Part shown: positions 20,999 to 31,487 of the stretch, piece after piece
Numbering within the stretch: position 1 is the first letter of the stretch
Layout: the number at the start of each line of letters is the position of its first letter
NCBI GenBank assembly: GCA_963737265.1
Contig: CAVTRY010000013.1
Location: forward strand, 416,001-480,000
Source: an uncultured delta proteobacterium
Lineage (GTDB): Bacteria > Myxococcota_A > Polyangia > Fen-1088
Direction: 5' to 3'
Length of the DNA: 64,000 nt
Notes under the pieces: model-generated
Told to the model about the DNA's origin: nothing
The model's database searches: none
Seen by the model: only the letters and a program-made list of their open reading frames with translations
Made by a program: the position numbers and the translations under genes

Positions 20999-23900
20999 AT
21001 GCGCATAGCCACCACGACCCAAACACACTCTACAACCTGCTGTTACTGTGGCGTCGGCTGCGGCGTGCTCATTCGCAAGGATCGGTCCGGATCCATCGTC
21101 CTCGAAGGCGATCCGGACCATCCCGTCAATCGCGGCAAGCTGTGCGCCAAGGGGCTCAATCTGCACCACACGGTCGCGGACAGATCCGATCGTCTGTTGC
21201 ATCCCGAGATGCGCGATGCGCGCCACGGGCCCCTTCGGCAGGTCGGCTGGGACGAAGCGCTGAATCGCATGGCCGCGGCATTTCGTTCGACCATGCAAAA
21301 ACATGGATCCGATTCGGTTGCGCTGTACGTGTCGGGGCAGTGCCTGACCGAGGAGTATTACTTAGCCAACAAGATCGCGAAAGGATTCCTCGGGACTAAC
21401 AACATCGACACCAATTCCCGCCTATGCATGAGTTCGGCGGTGGCCGGCTATCGCCTGGCGCTGGGCGAGGACAGCGTGCCGTGTTCCTATGAAGACTTGG
21501 ATCTGGCCGATCTGTATTTTGTCGCGGGCGCGAACCCGGCTTGGTGCCATCCGATTATTTTCCGACGCATGGAAGAACGTCTGCGGCGCGAATCCAAGAG
21601 CGCGCGCATGATCGTCGTCGATCCGCGCCGTACCCAGAGCGCGGCCATGGCCGACCTGCACCTGCAAATTCAGCCTGGCACCGATATCACGCTTTTTCAC
21701 GCCATTGCACGCCGGCTGGTCGAGCGAGGTTGCGTGGACCACGATTTCGTGCGCGACCACACCGAAGGCTTCGACGAGCTATGCACCCGCGTCTTCGCAC
21801 GGACGCTATGCGACGCCGCGGCGATTTGTCGGATAGAAAGCGCTGCCATCGAAACCGCGGCCGAGTGGATTGGCGAGTCGCGGGGTTTCGTCTCGATGTG
21901 GGCGATGGGGCTCAACCAGAGCATGGTGGGTGTGAACAAGAATCTCGCTCTCATCAACTTGCACCTGGTGACGGGAAAGATCGGCAAGCGCGGCCACGGC
22001 CCTCTCAGCCTGACCGGCCAACCCAACGCCATGGGCGGCCGGGAGGTCGGCGGATTGGCCAACCTGATGAGCGCCCATCGCGACATGAAGAACCCCGCCC
22101 ATCGCGAAGAAATCGCCAGGTTTTGGGGCGTGCCAAGCGTTCCAGAAAGTCCGGGGCTTTCGGCGGGCGAGATGATGGATGCTCTGCTCGATGGCAGGCT
22201 GAAGGCCATTTGGATCATCTGCACCAACCCGCTCGTGAGTTGGCCCGACCTCCGCCGAGCGCAGCGTGCGCTCGAAACGGCAGAATTCGTGGCGGTGCAG
22301 GACATCTCGAATCGCTCCGATACCCTACGCTTCGCCGACGTGGTGTTGCCGGCCGCTGGTTGGCTGGAAAAGGAAGGGACCATGACCAACTCCGAGCGGC
22401 GGATTTCCTATCTGTCGCGGGTCATGGCACCGCCCGGAGAGGCCCTTCCCGACGCAGAGATTCTCCTTCGCTTTGCCCACAAAATGGGCTGGCGCGAACG
22501 ATTCGACTACGCCAGCATGGCCGACGTCTATCGCGAACACGCAGCCCTTACGCAAGGCACGTCCATCGACATCAGCGGACTCGATTACCAACGGTTGAAG
22601 ACTGGCGGCTCCGTGCAGTGGCCGGTTCCGCACGCCGATCATCCGGGCACGCCCCGGCTCTTTACCGACAGCCGCTTTTACCGCCCGAGCCAGCGCGCCA
22701 AGATCCACGGCGTGTCGGATGCCAACACCTCCGAGTCGCCGAGTCGAAATTTTCCTCTCATCCTTACCACCGGCCGAATCCGCGATCAGTGGCACACCAT
22801 GACCCGGTCGGGAAAGGTCGCCAAACTGCGCAGTCACGATCCCCAGGCTCGCCTCGATATCCACCCTCAAGACGCCAGCGCGCGTGACATTGGCGAAGGG
22901 AATCTCGTGGTCGCGCGCAGCGCGCGCGGCGAGGTGCGGGTGCGCGCGCGGCTGACCAACGATGTGAAGATGGGTGTGGTGTTCCTGCCCATGCACTGGG
23001 GCCGCATTCTCGATTGCGACGACGTGCGCGCCAACAACCTCACCGAAGCACGGTGGGATCCCATCTCGAAAGAACCCGATCTGAAGTTCACTGCCGTCGA
23101 GGTCCAGCGGCTGTGCCCTCCTCGGCGAAAGATTCTGGTGGTCGGCGCAGGCGCCGCAGCGTTGGCCTTCGTGCGCGCCTACCGGCGCGACAATCGGACC
23201 GACACGATGGTGGTCTTCAGCAAGGAAGAGCTTCCCTTCTACGATCGGGTGCGCCTGCCCGAGATCGTCGAAAGCAACGCCGACTGGCAATCGCTGGCCG
23301 TGCTCGGCGGGGAAGAAGCCGCGTCCCTTGACGTGCGAGTTTTGGGCAAACGCACCATCGTCGAGGTGGACCGTGCGCACAAGCGCGTTCTCGACTCCGT
23401 CGGCGACTGGCATGACTACGACACGCTCGTGCTCGCCACGGGAAGCCGCGCGGCGTGGCCCAAGGACACGCCCAAGCATCAGCGCGGTTTACACGCTTTG
23501 CGAAGCTACGCCGATGCCCAGGAAATTCTTCGCTCGGCGGAAACCGGGCGGATGGTGGTGATCGTCGGTGGTGGACTGGTCGGAATCGAGCTGGGCGCCG
23601 TGTTGCGCGCAAAAGGACTGCCGGTTCATATCATCCAGCGTTCGGCGCAGCTCATGAACAAACAGCTGGACGAAGTCGCGGCCGATATTTTGCGCGACGA
23701 CATGCTCAACCGAGACATCCGTATTCACTTTCTCGACCAAGTGGTGATGTGGAAGGGCGACGAATGGATCGACGAGGTGTCGCTGGCGTCGGGCGAAATC
23801 CTGCGCGACGTGACCCTGATTTACGCCATGGGCACGGTCCCCAACGTCGAGTTGGCGGGCGCGTGCGGCTTGCTGGTCAACCGCGGCGTCGTGGTCGACC

Positions 23901-24532
23901 ACGGCATGCGTTCGAGCGATTCGGACATTCTCGCGCTAGGGGAAGTCGCCGAATTCGAGGGAGAGCTACACGGAACCAGCGCCGCAGCCGAGGAACAGGC
24001 ACGGGCAGCCGCCGCTTTTCTAGCCGGCGATGTCCAGGCCGGGTACACCGGATCGATGGCGCAGAATCTTCTCAAAGTGTCTGGCCTGCCGGTGGTGAGC
24101 CTCGGCGTTGCAAAACCGCCCGCGGACGATCTCGGTTACGAAGAGATCGTTTTCCTGGACCGCACGGCACGCGTCTACAAGAAATGCGTGATTCGCAATG
24201 ATCGGTTGGTCGGCGCCCTGCTCGTCGGCGACAACAGCGATTTCGTCGTGCTGCGGGATCTCATTCGCAGTGGGGAAGAGCTCGGAGCCCGCCGGCAAAC
24301 GCTGCTGCGTGGATCTTCGGGACGGTCGCCGCACGCCGGCGGCAAGGTCGTCTGTAGCTGCACTTCGGTCGACGAGGGCACGATTGGCCGTGCCTGCGAC
24401 AGCGGGGCGCAGACGCTTCAAAAACTCATGGACGCCACCAGCGCCGGTACGGGATGTGGCAGTTGCCGACCCGAGCTTGTTTCCATTCTCAACTTGCGCA
24501 CCGGCACGCAAGTCCCGGAGCAGGCTTCGTGA
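20999..24532 (+). CDS. nasA: Assimilatory nitrate reductase (Mo-bisPGD) fused to FAD oxidoreductase and BFD [2Fe-2S] domains
   Basis: CCYCGVGCG, NIDTNSRLCMSS, GQPNAMGGREVG, QWHTMTR; then GAGAAA and GGGLVG Rossmann motifs; CSC...GCGSC. Confidence 0.92.
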   Translation: MRIATTTQTHSTTCCYCGVGCGVLIRKDRSGSIVLEGDPDHPVNRGKLCAKGLNLHHTVADRSDRLLHPEMRDARHGPLRQVGWDEALNRMAAAFRSTMQKHGSDSVALYVSGQCLTEEYYLANKIAKGFLGTNNIDTNSRLCMSSAVAGYRLALGEDSVPCSYEDLDLADLYFVAGANPAWCHPIIFRRMEERLRRESKSARMIVVDPRRTQSAAMADLHLQIQPGTDITLFHAIARRLVERGCVDHDFVRDHTEGFDELCTRVFARTLCDAAAICRIESAAIETAAEWIGESRGFVSMWAMGLNQSMVGVNKNLALINLHLVTGKIGKRGHGPLSLTGQPNAMGGREVGGLANLMSAHRDMKNPAHREEIARFWGVPSVPESPGLSAGEMMDALLDGRLKAIWIICTNPLVSWPDLRRAQRALETAEFVAVQDISNRSDTLRFADVVLPAAGWLEKEGTMTNSERRISYLSRVMAPPGEALPDAEILLRFAHKMGWRERFDYASMADVYREHAALTQGTSIDISGLDYQRLKTGGSVQWPVPHADHPGTPRLFTDSRFYRPSQRAKIHGVSDANTSESPSRNFPLILTTGRIRDQWHTMTRSGKVAKLRSHDPQARLDIHPQDASARDIGEGNLVVARSARGEVRVRARLTNDVKMGVVFLPMHWGRILDCDDVRANNLTEARWDPISKEPDLKFTAVEVQRLCPPRRKILVVGAGAAALAFVRAYRRDNRTDTMVVFSKEELPFYDRVRLPEIVESNADWQSLAVLGGEEAASLDVRVLGKRTIVEVDRAHKRVLDSVGDWHDYDTLVLATGSRAAWPKDTPKHQRGLHALRSYADAQEILRSAETGRMVVIVGGGLVGIELGAVLRAKGLPVHIIQRSAQLMNKQLDEVAADILRDDMLNRDIRIHFLDQVVMWKGDEWIDEVSLASGEILRDVTLIYAMGTVPNVELAGACGLLVNRGVVVDHGMRSSDSDILALGEVAEFEGELHGTSAAAEEQARAAAAFLAGDVQAGYTGSMAQNLLKVSGLPVVSLGVAKPPADDLGYEEIVFLDRTARVYKKCVIRNDRLVGALLVGDNSDFVVLRDLIRSGEELGARRQTLLRGSSGRSPHAGGKVVCSCTSVDEGTIGRACDSGAQTLQKLMDATSAGTGCGSCRPELVSILNLRTGTQVPEQAS

Positions 24533-25578
24533 TTTCGCTCGAACCGCAGCAAGCGCCCGTGCCAGAGGCGCGACCCGCCATTCTTGACACCCGCGACCGG
24601 CCGCTGCGCGACATCCGAATCTCCCTGACCGACCGTTGCAATCTTCGCTGCACCTACTGCATGCCCAAGGAAAAATTCGGCCCGGATCGCAAGTTTCTAC
24701 TGGCGGACGACCTACTGACCTTCGAGGAAATCGCGGTCCTAGTGCAAAATCTGGCCGAGCTCGGCGTGCGCAAGGTCAAGCTGACCGGCGGCGAGCCGCT
24801 CACTCGCCCCTCTCTCGCGCGCCTCGTTCGCATGCTGCGCGAGGCGACGCCCGAGGTCGAAGTCAACCTCATCACCAACGGCATTCTGCTGGCGGACGAA
24901 GCCGCGCGGCTCAAGGGCGCTGGCCTGGATCGCATCACGGTCAGCCTCGATACTCTCGATCCTGAGCGATTCGCCGTCATCAGCGACCGTGGTCGTCAGC
25001 TTGACAAAGTCTTGGCTGGTATCGACGCCGCCCAGCAGGCAGGCTTTCGCCCGCTGAAGATCAACATGGTGGTCATCCGCGGCGTTAACGACGATGAGGT
25101 CGAAGCGATGGCCGCGCGTTTTCACCACCCCGATACGATGGTCCGCTTCATCGAATACATGGACGTGGGTACGCTCAACGGCTGGCGGCGGACCGATGTG
25201 GTGCCCGCGGCAGAAATCCTGGCGCGCTTGCGAAAGCGTGCGGATCTCGCGCCGGTCGATGCCGCGTACCGAGGAGAAACCGCGAAGCGCTACCGCTACA
25301 CGGATGGCTCGGGCGAGATCGGATTCATCGCCAGCGTATCGCAGCCTTTCTGTGGCGATTGCAGCAGACTGCGGCTGTCGGCCGACGGAAAGCTCTTCAC
25401 GTGTTTGTTTTCCAAGCAGGGCTTCGATATCAAGGATGTCCTGCGTGCAAATGATGGTACTTACCGCGTGCGCGACGCTCTCATCGATCTGTGGCAAGGT
25501 CGACGCGACCAATATTCGGTCGAACGCACGAACGTACCGGCGCGTGAAAAGATCGAAATGTTCTATATTGGAGGTTGA
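24529..25578 (+). CDS. moaA: GTP 3',8-cyclase
   Basis: DRCNLRCTYCMP, FCGDCSRLR, C-terminal IGG. Confidence 0.95.
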   Translation: MISLEPQQAPVPEARPAILDTRDRPLRDIRISLTDRCNLRCTYCMPKEKFGPDRKFLLADDLLTFEEIAVLVQNLAELGVRKVKLTGGEPLTRPSLARLVRMLREATPEVEVNLITNGILLADEAARLKGAGLDRITVSLDTLDPERFAVISDRGRQLDKVLAGIDAAQQAGFRPLKINMVVIRGVNDDEVEAMAARFHHPDTMVRFIEYMDVGTLNGWRRTDVVPAAEILARLRKRADLAPVDAAYRGETAKRYRYTDGSGEIGFIASVSQPFCGDCSRLRLSADGKLFTCLFSKQGFDIKDVLRANDGTYRVRDALIDLWQGRRDQYSVERTNVPAREKIEMFYIGG

Positions 25579-25579
25579 T

Positions 25580-26086
25580 TTGGCAGACGGAATATCCGCT
25601 CTTAGTCACGTCGACCCGTCCGGCAAGGAGCGCATGGTCGACGTCTCGGACAAGGCCGCCACGCCGAGGACCGCGGTCGCTCGCGCCGAGATCTGGTTTC
25701 CGCCCGATGCCGCGGCAAAGCTGGGACTCGACGGCACCGCGACCGTGGACGACGTGCAAGGGCCGAAGGGATCCGTGTTCCACACTGCCCGTATCGCGGG
25801 CGTGATGGCCGCCAAGCGCACCCACGAGCTCATTCCGCTGTGCCATCCCTTGCCGCTCGACCATGTGACCGTCGATGTGCGCGCGGCCGGCCCGGGCGTG
25901 GTCGAAATCATCGCGAGCTGTCGTGCCGACCACCGCACCGGCGTCGAGATGGAAGCCCTCACCGCCGCTAGCGTGGCGGCGCTTACCGTCTACGACATGT
26001 GCAAGGCCCTGTCGCACGCCATCGAGATCCGCTCCGTGGTCCTTCTGGCCAAGTCCGGCGGTCGGAGCGACTATGCACGACCGTGA
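25580..26086 (+). CDS. moaC: Cyclic pyranopterin monophosphate synthase
   Basis: MVDVSDK, LIPLCHP, TGVEMEAL, YDMCKA. Confidence 0.93.
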   Translation: MADGISALSHVDPSGKERMVDVSDKAATPRTAVARAEIWFPPDAAAKLGLDGTATVDDVQGPKGSVFHTARIAGVMAAKRTHELIPLCHPLPLDHVTVDVRAAGPGVVEIIASCRADHRTGVEMEALTAASVAALTVYDMCKALSHAIEIRSVVLLAKSGGRSDYARP

Positions 26087-27248
26087 CGGTCATAGTGAAG
26101 GTCGCCAACGTCGCGGATGGCGATTTAACCCCTTCGAGATCGCGGTGTGCGGCTACAAGAACAGCGGCAAGACCACGCTGCTGGAAGGCGTGGCCAGAAT
26201 TCTTTCGCGCGATTTGCGTCTCGCCTATCTCAAGCACGACGCTCATCATTTCGACATGGATCGTCCGGGCAAGGACACCGATCGCATGCGCGGTGCGGGC
26301 GTGGAAAGCGTGGTCATCGCCGGCAGCTCTGGTTTCGGGCATCTGGTCGACCACTGCGATGCCGAGCAACTTTCGCCCTATGCGCTGCTCGTGGCCGATG
26401 CGGTCTTGGTCGAAGGATTCAAAGCCAGCGGTCTTCCCCGCGTCATGCTTCTCGATGAAGACCTGGCCATCCTCGACGATGCGGCCTGGACCGAGTCGCC
26501 GCCGGTGGCGGTCGCCCATCCGTGGCGTCCTGGCAGCATCAATGAGCTTCGAGCGCGCACGTCCACACAAACCAGCTTCGGCGACCTTCCCTGGTTCGAC
26601 CGCAACGACGTTGCCGCCATCGCAGCATTCATTCGCCAATTCTGGTCGACCCTGAGCGCGTCGCCGCGCGGTCTGCTGCTGACGGGCGGCCATTCCACGC
26701 GCATGGGTCAGGACAAGGCGTTGGTCGACTATCATGGCTGCACGCAGATCGAGTACGGCGTCCGCCTGCTGGCGCGTTTCTGTTCGGAGGCGTGGGTGTC
26801 TTGCCGCGCGGACCAGGGGGCCGACGCGACCCGAACCGCCCATCCAGTCCTGTTCGACCGATTTCTCGACATGGGTCCGACGGGCGGCATCCTCACCGCT
26901 TTGGCACGTGGCCTGTGTGAAGGACAAGCATGGTTGGTGTTGGCCTGCGATCTGCCGCGCGTGAATGCGGATGTACTCGGTCGGCTTTTGGCCGCCCGCA
27001 ACCCGTTTCGCTTCGCCACCGCCTTTCGCGGCACGGACGGATTCCCTGAACCCCTGTGCGCCATCTGGGAGCCCAAGGCCTATCCGCGCCTGCTGCAATT
27101 TCTCGGCGTGGGACACGAGTGCCCGCGCAAATGCCTGATCAATTCGCCCGTCAGCCTCGTCGACGCAGCCACGTCAAACGCCCTCGACAACGGCAACGAC
27201 CCGCGCGATTTTCGCAGGATTCGCGATGATCTCCACGCTCGAAGCTGA
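26073..27248 (+). CDS. Bifunctional MobB-MobA molybdenum cofactor guanylyltransferase
   Basis: GYKNSGKTT P-loop and KHDAH (MobB); GGHSTRMGQDKA, ACDLP, PEPLCAIW (MobA). Confidence 0.88.
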   Translation: MHDRDGHSEGRQRRGWRFNPFEIAVCGYKNSGKTTLLEGVARILSRDLRLAYLKHDAHHFDMDRPGKDTDRMRGAGVESVVIAGSSGFGHLVDHCDAEQLSPYALLVADAVLVEGFKASGLPRVMLLDEDLAILDDAAWTESPPVAVAHPWRPGSINELRARTSTQTSFGDLPWFDRNDVAAIAAFIRQFWSTLSASPRGLLLTGGHSTRMGQDKALVDYHGCTQIEYGVRLLARFCSEAWVSCRADQGADATRTAHPVLFDRFLDMGPTGGILTALARGLCEGQAWLVLACDLPRVNADVLGRLLAARNPFRFATAFRGTDGFPEPLCAIWEPKAYPRLLQFLGVGHECPRKCLINSPVSLVDAATSNALDNGNDPRDFRRIRDDLHARS

Positions 27249-28479
27249 TCGGCTGATCGACCAAACCTTCGCCGCGCATGCGCGCTCGGGCGCTTGCGCG
27301 GAAACGCCGGTCGCCTTGTCGATCGGCCGCATCCTCGGCAAGGACATCGTCGCCGACCGCGATCATCCACCGTTCAACCGCGTCGCCATGGATGGCATCG
27401 CCGTCGTACTCGACGACAACAGCGCTGACCATGGCGAAAGACAAAACTTCCACCTCAACGGCCGTCTGCCTCCGGGCGTGGCCGAGCCCGAAGGCCGCGC
27501 CCGCTCCGAATCCGGCAACGCCATCGAGGTCATGACCGGGGCAGCGCTACCGCATCCCTGGAACGCGGTCATTCCGTGGGAGGATCTAGACGTTGGCGCC
27601 GACGACAAACACCGCTCGTTGCGAGCCGGCGCCCGACTCTCGCGCGGTATGAACGTCCACTCCCGCGCCAGCGACTATCGCCAAGGCGATTTGCTGGTGG
27701 CCGCGGGAACCCGAATCGCGGCACCTCACGTTCACATCCTCGCCAGCGTTGGATGCGGCCGAGTTCCCGTGCTTGCCCTTCCCCGCATTACGCTCGTCGC
27801 CACCGGCGACGAACTGGTCGCCGTGGACGCGATGCCGCTGCCGCACCAGATCCGCATGTCGAACATGGTGGCGCTGGAGGCGTGCCTACACGGAACGGGA
27901 TTGGCAGCCGCCCGGGTGATGCACTTGCCGGATCGTGCGGAGCCGTTGCGCGCAGGTCTGGCCGACGCGCTGGCCACGAGCGATATTGTGCTGGTCAGCG
28001 GCGGCGTCTCGAAGGGAAGCAAGGACTTCGTACCGGCGTTGCTTCAGTCCTTGGGTTGCGACCGCGTCTTTCACGGGGTCGCTCACAAGCCGGGCAAGCC
28101 GATATGGTTCGGCACCTGGCCTGAAGGGGTCATCGTCTTCGGGTTGCCGGGAAATCCGGTGTCGTCCCTCGTCTGCTTTGTGCGCTACGTGTTGCCGCGA
28201 CTACGCCGTTGGGGCGAGACACGCGGAGCCGACGACGCTCTTTCCGGCAGCCTAACACTGCCGCTGGCCGAACACGCCGACGTGCGACCCCAATGGACAT
28301 TGTTCTTGCCCGGCCTCGTCGAGACCCGCTCCGATGGAACTGCGGCGGTGGCAATCCGCAAAAGCCAAGGCTCTGGAAATTTCGCGGGGCTGCTTCCATC
28401 CGACGGCATCGCCGAGCTTCCCCCTGGAAACACCGCCATGCATGCAGGAGCGCCGGTACGCTTTTTTCCTTGGCCGTAG
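27226..28479 (+). CDS. moeA: Molybdopterin molybdotransferase
   Basis: PPFNRVAMDG, TGDEL, SGGVSKG, KPGKP, GLPGNP. Confidence 0.95.
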   Translation: MISTLEADRLIDQTFAAHARSGACAETPVALSIGRILGKDIVADRDHPPFNRVAMDGIAVVLDDNSADHGERQNFHLNGRLPPGVAEPEGRARSESGNAIEVMTGAALPHPWNAVIPWEDLDVGADDKHRSLRAGARLSRGMNVHSRASDYRQGDLLVAAGTRIAAPHVHILASVGCGRVPVLALPRITLVATGDELVAVDAMPLPHQIRMSNMVALEACLHGTGLAAARVMHLPDRAEPLRAGLADALATSDIVLVSGGVSKGSKDFVPALLQSLGCDRVFHGVAHKPGKPIWFGTWPEGVIVFGLPGNPVSSLVCFVRYVLPRLRRWGETRGADDALSGSLTLPLAEHADVRPQWTLFLPGLVETRSDGTAAVAIRKSQGSGNFAGLLPSDGIAELPPGNTAMHAGAPVRFFPWP

Positions 28480-28491
28480 CGACAAGACACC

Positions 28492-28731
28492 ATGCAAATT
28501 CGTATCAGCTACTACGCAATCTTGCGCGAACAGCGCGGACTCGATGGGGAAACCGTGCGGACTGAAACCTCGGATTTGCGGCAACTTTTCCGTGATCTAG
28601 AACGTGCCTGGGCATTTTCACTCACGGAAAAACATGTTCGCCCAGCCGTGAACGACGAGTTCTGCGACTGGAGCCGTCCCCTGGTGGACGGCGACCACGT
28701 GGTATTCATTCCCCCTGTGGCTGGCGGGTAA
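28492..28731 (+). CDS. moaD: Molybdopterin synthase sulfur carrier
   Basis: AVNDEF, PPVAGG C-terminus. Confidence 0.93.
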   Translation: MQIRISYYAILREQRGLDGETVRTETSDLRQLFRDLERAWAFSLTEKHVRPAVNDEFCDWSRPLVDGDHVVFIPPVAGG

Positions 28732-28737
28732 CCAGCC

Positions 28738-29160
28738 ATGTCCTCCCCCCTGTTTGCGTTGTCCAATCAGAGGCTGGATGACGGGCCTCCGTTCGCGATC
28801 GCCAGGCACGTGGGCGCTATCGTGGGCTTTGTAGGTATCGTGCGCGACAACAACGAAGGCAAGTCGGTCGCGCGACTCGAATACTCGGCCTATCAAGCGC
28901 TTGCCGAACGCGAGGGTACGCGCATCGTCCGCGAAGCGATTGAACGGTTCGATTTGATCGCCGCAGCTTGCCGCCATCGCGTCGGCGCGCTGGAGCTTGG
29001 CGAGGTTGCCGTGCGAGTGTGGGCCGCGGCTGCCCATCGGGGCGCGGCCTTTTCTGCCTGCGAATTCATCATCGATGAGATCAAGGAACGCGTTCCTATC
29101 TGGAAACGGGAAACCTATCGCGATGGCGAGCAGGAATGGGTGAGCTGCCACCATCCCTGA
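28738..29160 (+). CDS. moaE: Molybdopterin synthase catalytic subunit
   Basis: GAIVGFVGIVR, HRVG.L, VPIWKRE. Confidence 0.93.
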   Translation: MSSPLFALSNQRLDDGPPFAIARHVGAIVGFVGIVRDNNEGKSVARLEYSAYQALAEREGTRIVREAIERFDLIAAACRHRVGALELGEVAVRVWAAAAHRGAAFSACEFIIDEIKERVPIWKRETYRDGEQEWVSCHHP

Positions 29161-29179
29161 GCGAAGAGAGCGGCTTCCC

Positions 29180-29377
29180 GACACGACCAACCGCAATGCC
29201 GCCAACACCACGAGCAAGCTTTTCGACAAGTCGGACTTCGCCGACGGGAACTTGTTCGTCGATGCCACCCAATCCATCCGCTTCGGCTTGGAATACGCCT
29301 GGTTCCGCCAGACCTACTTCGACGGCACGAAGGGAACCAACAACCGCGTGCAGTTCTCAGGCTTCTACATTTTCTAG
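29180..29377 (+). pseudogene. Orphan C-terminus of an outer-membrane beta-barrel (porin-like), not in ORF track
   Basis: Translates ...GNLFVDATQSIRFGLEYAWFRQTYFDGTKGTNNRVQFSGFYIF*, with alternating aromatics and terminal YxF; no nearby start. Confidence 0.65.
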
Positions 29378-29492
29378 CTTTCTGCATGCTTGATTCGCCA
29401 CCACCAGGATGAGCAGACCTAGAGCAAATCTTCGCCGGGGGCGCGCCGGGGGCGCGCCGGGCGCGCGCCTCGCTGCGAAACGTGTCTCCGGG

Positions 29493-31100
29493 CTATGTCG
29501 AGAGGCATGAATTCTCGTCGCCTTGGGACGGTCGGCTTTGGATCGCGTCGCCCAAGGGTAGCCTTACGACAAAAGTTGTTCCTTTTCCTTCGCTCGAGTC
29601 GAAATGCACGCTCCCGCCATGCAGGCGAACAACAGCAGAATGGACTTGTGCCAATCCCTGGCCACCGCCCTGACCCACTGGGCGTGTCGTGAAGAAGGGG
29701 TCGAACACTCTGCCGCGAATGGTCTCGGGGATACCGACGCCATCATCCACAACCCGTATTTCCACCACATTGTCAAGGGACTTGTGGAGCGTTTCTACGG
29801 TAATTTGTCCCTTTCTTCCCGAGCCGCCTACCTTTTCCGCAATGGCTTGGGCGGCATTGATGACCAGGTTAAGTACCACTTGTGCGATTTCACCGGCAAT
29901 GCAAGGAACAAGTGGCAAATCGGGGGCGAGCCGCATCGATACGTCGGCGAACCCGCTCCACGAACGTGTCGCCACGATGGTCGCGTTCTCCACGATGGAA
30001 GTCAGATCCACAAGCGCGCGCGATTGCCGCCCGACGTTCTCGAAGGTCTTCATCGCATGGACGATGCGCGCTATGTGTTCCAGGCCGTCGAGCCCTCTGA
30101 CGAGGGCACACTCAAGCGACTCGTGCAAGTAGGGGAGGTCGATATCCTCCTCCTGTCGGTGGATGGCTGCCACCGCCTCTGCGGACAATTGTCTTCCCAC
30201 ATCCAGAAGCTTGTGGAAGTCGTCGATCAAGGACAACAGCGATGGGATTGCATCGCGAGCGAACTTAAGGTTGTCGCCAATGTACTGCAACGGCGTATTG
30301 ATCTCGTGGGCGAGGCCGGCCGCCAACTGGCCGATCGCTTCGAGCTTTCGGCCGCGAGCCAGTTGCTCTTCGATGCCTTTTTCTCGGGTCACGTCCCGGA
30401 CAATACAAACTGCCTCGTCAACTCCGCTGCGCACGATGCGAATATCGTAGTCTCTGGGATCCGCCGCTTTATCGTACAGCCGGCAAGGCATCTGCACCGC
30501 CTCGTCCCGCTGCCCCGCAGTCTCGATGCATTCCATGACCCGGCTGCCGATGTCCGAGGCTCGGATGGCATCGAAGAGACTGTGGGAGAGGTTTCCATGC
30601 CCCGGGGAGGCGCTTCCCAACCTGTTCCCTTCTTTGACAGCGAGGAGGGTGCCATCCAACCGTACGCGCAAAATCGTGTCTGGGATCGCCTCGATCAACG
30701 CCCGCACCTGCGACTCGGCGCGCACCCGCTCATCGATATCCGCGAAGACAACGACCATGCGACTGGGCTGGCCATGGGCGTCTCTTCGAGCTGATCCGCG
30801 CATCTGTATCCAACGCCAGCCTAGGGTCCGATGGCGCATTCGGACTGTCTGAGAGAAAGGCCATGCCTCTTCCAGGTGATCGGCGATGGCCCTTTCCACT
30901 GCTGGGCGCTCGTCTGCGTGAATCAATTCCCGCCAGGTACTCGATGTAAGAACAAAGTCGGCTTCATCCCATCCGAGCAGGAAGCGCCAACGTTCGTTGT
31001 AGTGGGTACGATTACCCACAAGGTCCCAATCGACGACGCCGTCGTTGGTGGCCTCGTACAACAGGTCCAACAGATCTGCCTTTTCTTCGGGGATACCCAT
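29493..31100 (-). CDS. PAS/PAS histidine kinase
   Basis: PAS_3 (DGVVDWD, IHADER), second PAS, HEINTPLQY, DPFFTT. Confidence 0.9.
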   Translation of the reverse strand: MGIPEEKADLLDLLYEATNDGVVDWDLVGNRTHYNERWRFLLGWDEADFVLTSSTWRELIHADERPAVERAIADHLEEAWPFSQTVRMRHRTLGWRWIQMRGSARRDAHGQPSRMVVVFADIDERVRAESQVRALIEAIPDTILRVRLDGTLLAVKEGNRLGSASPGHGNLSHSLFDAIRASDIGSRVMECIETAGQRDEAVQMPCRLYDKAADPRDYDIRIVRSGVDEAVCIVRDVTREKGIEEQLARGRKLEAIGQLAAGLAHEINTPLQYIGDNLKFARDAIPSLLSLIDDFHKLLDVGRQLSAEAVAAIHRQEEDIDLPYLHESLECALVRGLDGLEHIARIVHAMKTFENVGRQSRALVDLTSIVENATIVATRSWSGFADVSMRLAPDLPLVPCIAGEIAQVVLNLVINAAQAIAEKVGGSGRKGQITVETLHKSLDNVVEIRVVDDGVGIPETIRGRVFDPFFTTRPVGQGGGQGLAQVHSAVVRLHGGSVHFDSSEGKGTTFVVRLPLGDAIQSRPSQGDENSCLST

Positions 31101-31487
31101 CTACACACCGGCTCCATCACCGTTCGTGCCTATGGCATGGCCTGTCGCATGGAGCGCGTTCACTGGCCAGTCAACCTTTCTCTGCTCAACGACCGCTAGC
31201 GCCAGAACGCCTCGGCGGCCTCGCTCTCGGACAGCGGAGGCCCGAATCTCTGATTATGTTGGGTGATCTCAGCGAGGAGCCCACCGGCGACAGTGTCGCG
31301 CGTCTTGCCTGGTGTTGTCAATGTGAAAGCGAGGCCTGGCGAGGCATGGGCGAGGCATGTGAAAACGAGGCATTCCGGATGAGATGACGCGCCCACATCT
31401 CAAGCTGCAGAGCGTACCGGTCGATAGAAAATGACGCCTGCTCCGACGGAAATGACCTCGATACGCAGCCAGAAAAGAGGAGACCAC

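Noticed and set aside
29433-29468. GC-only repeat gccgggggcgc
   Set aside because: Low complexity between convergent genes; at most a terminator-like stem
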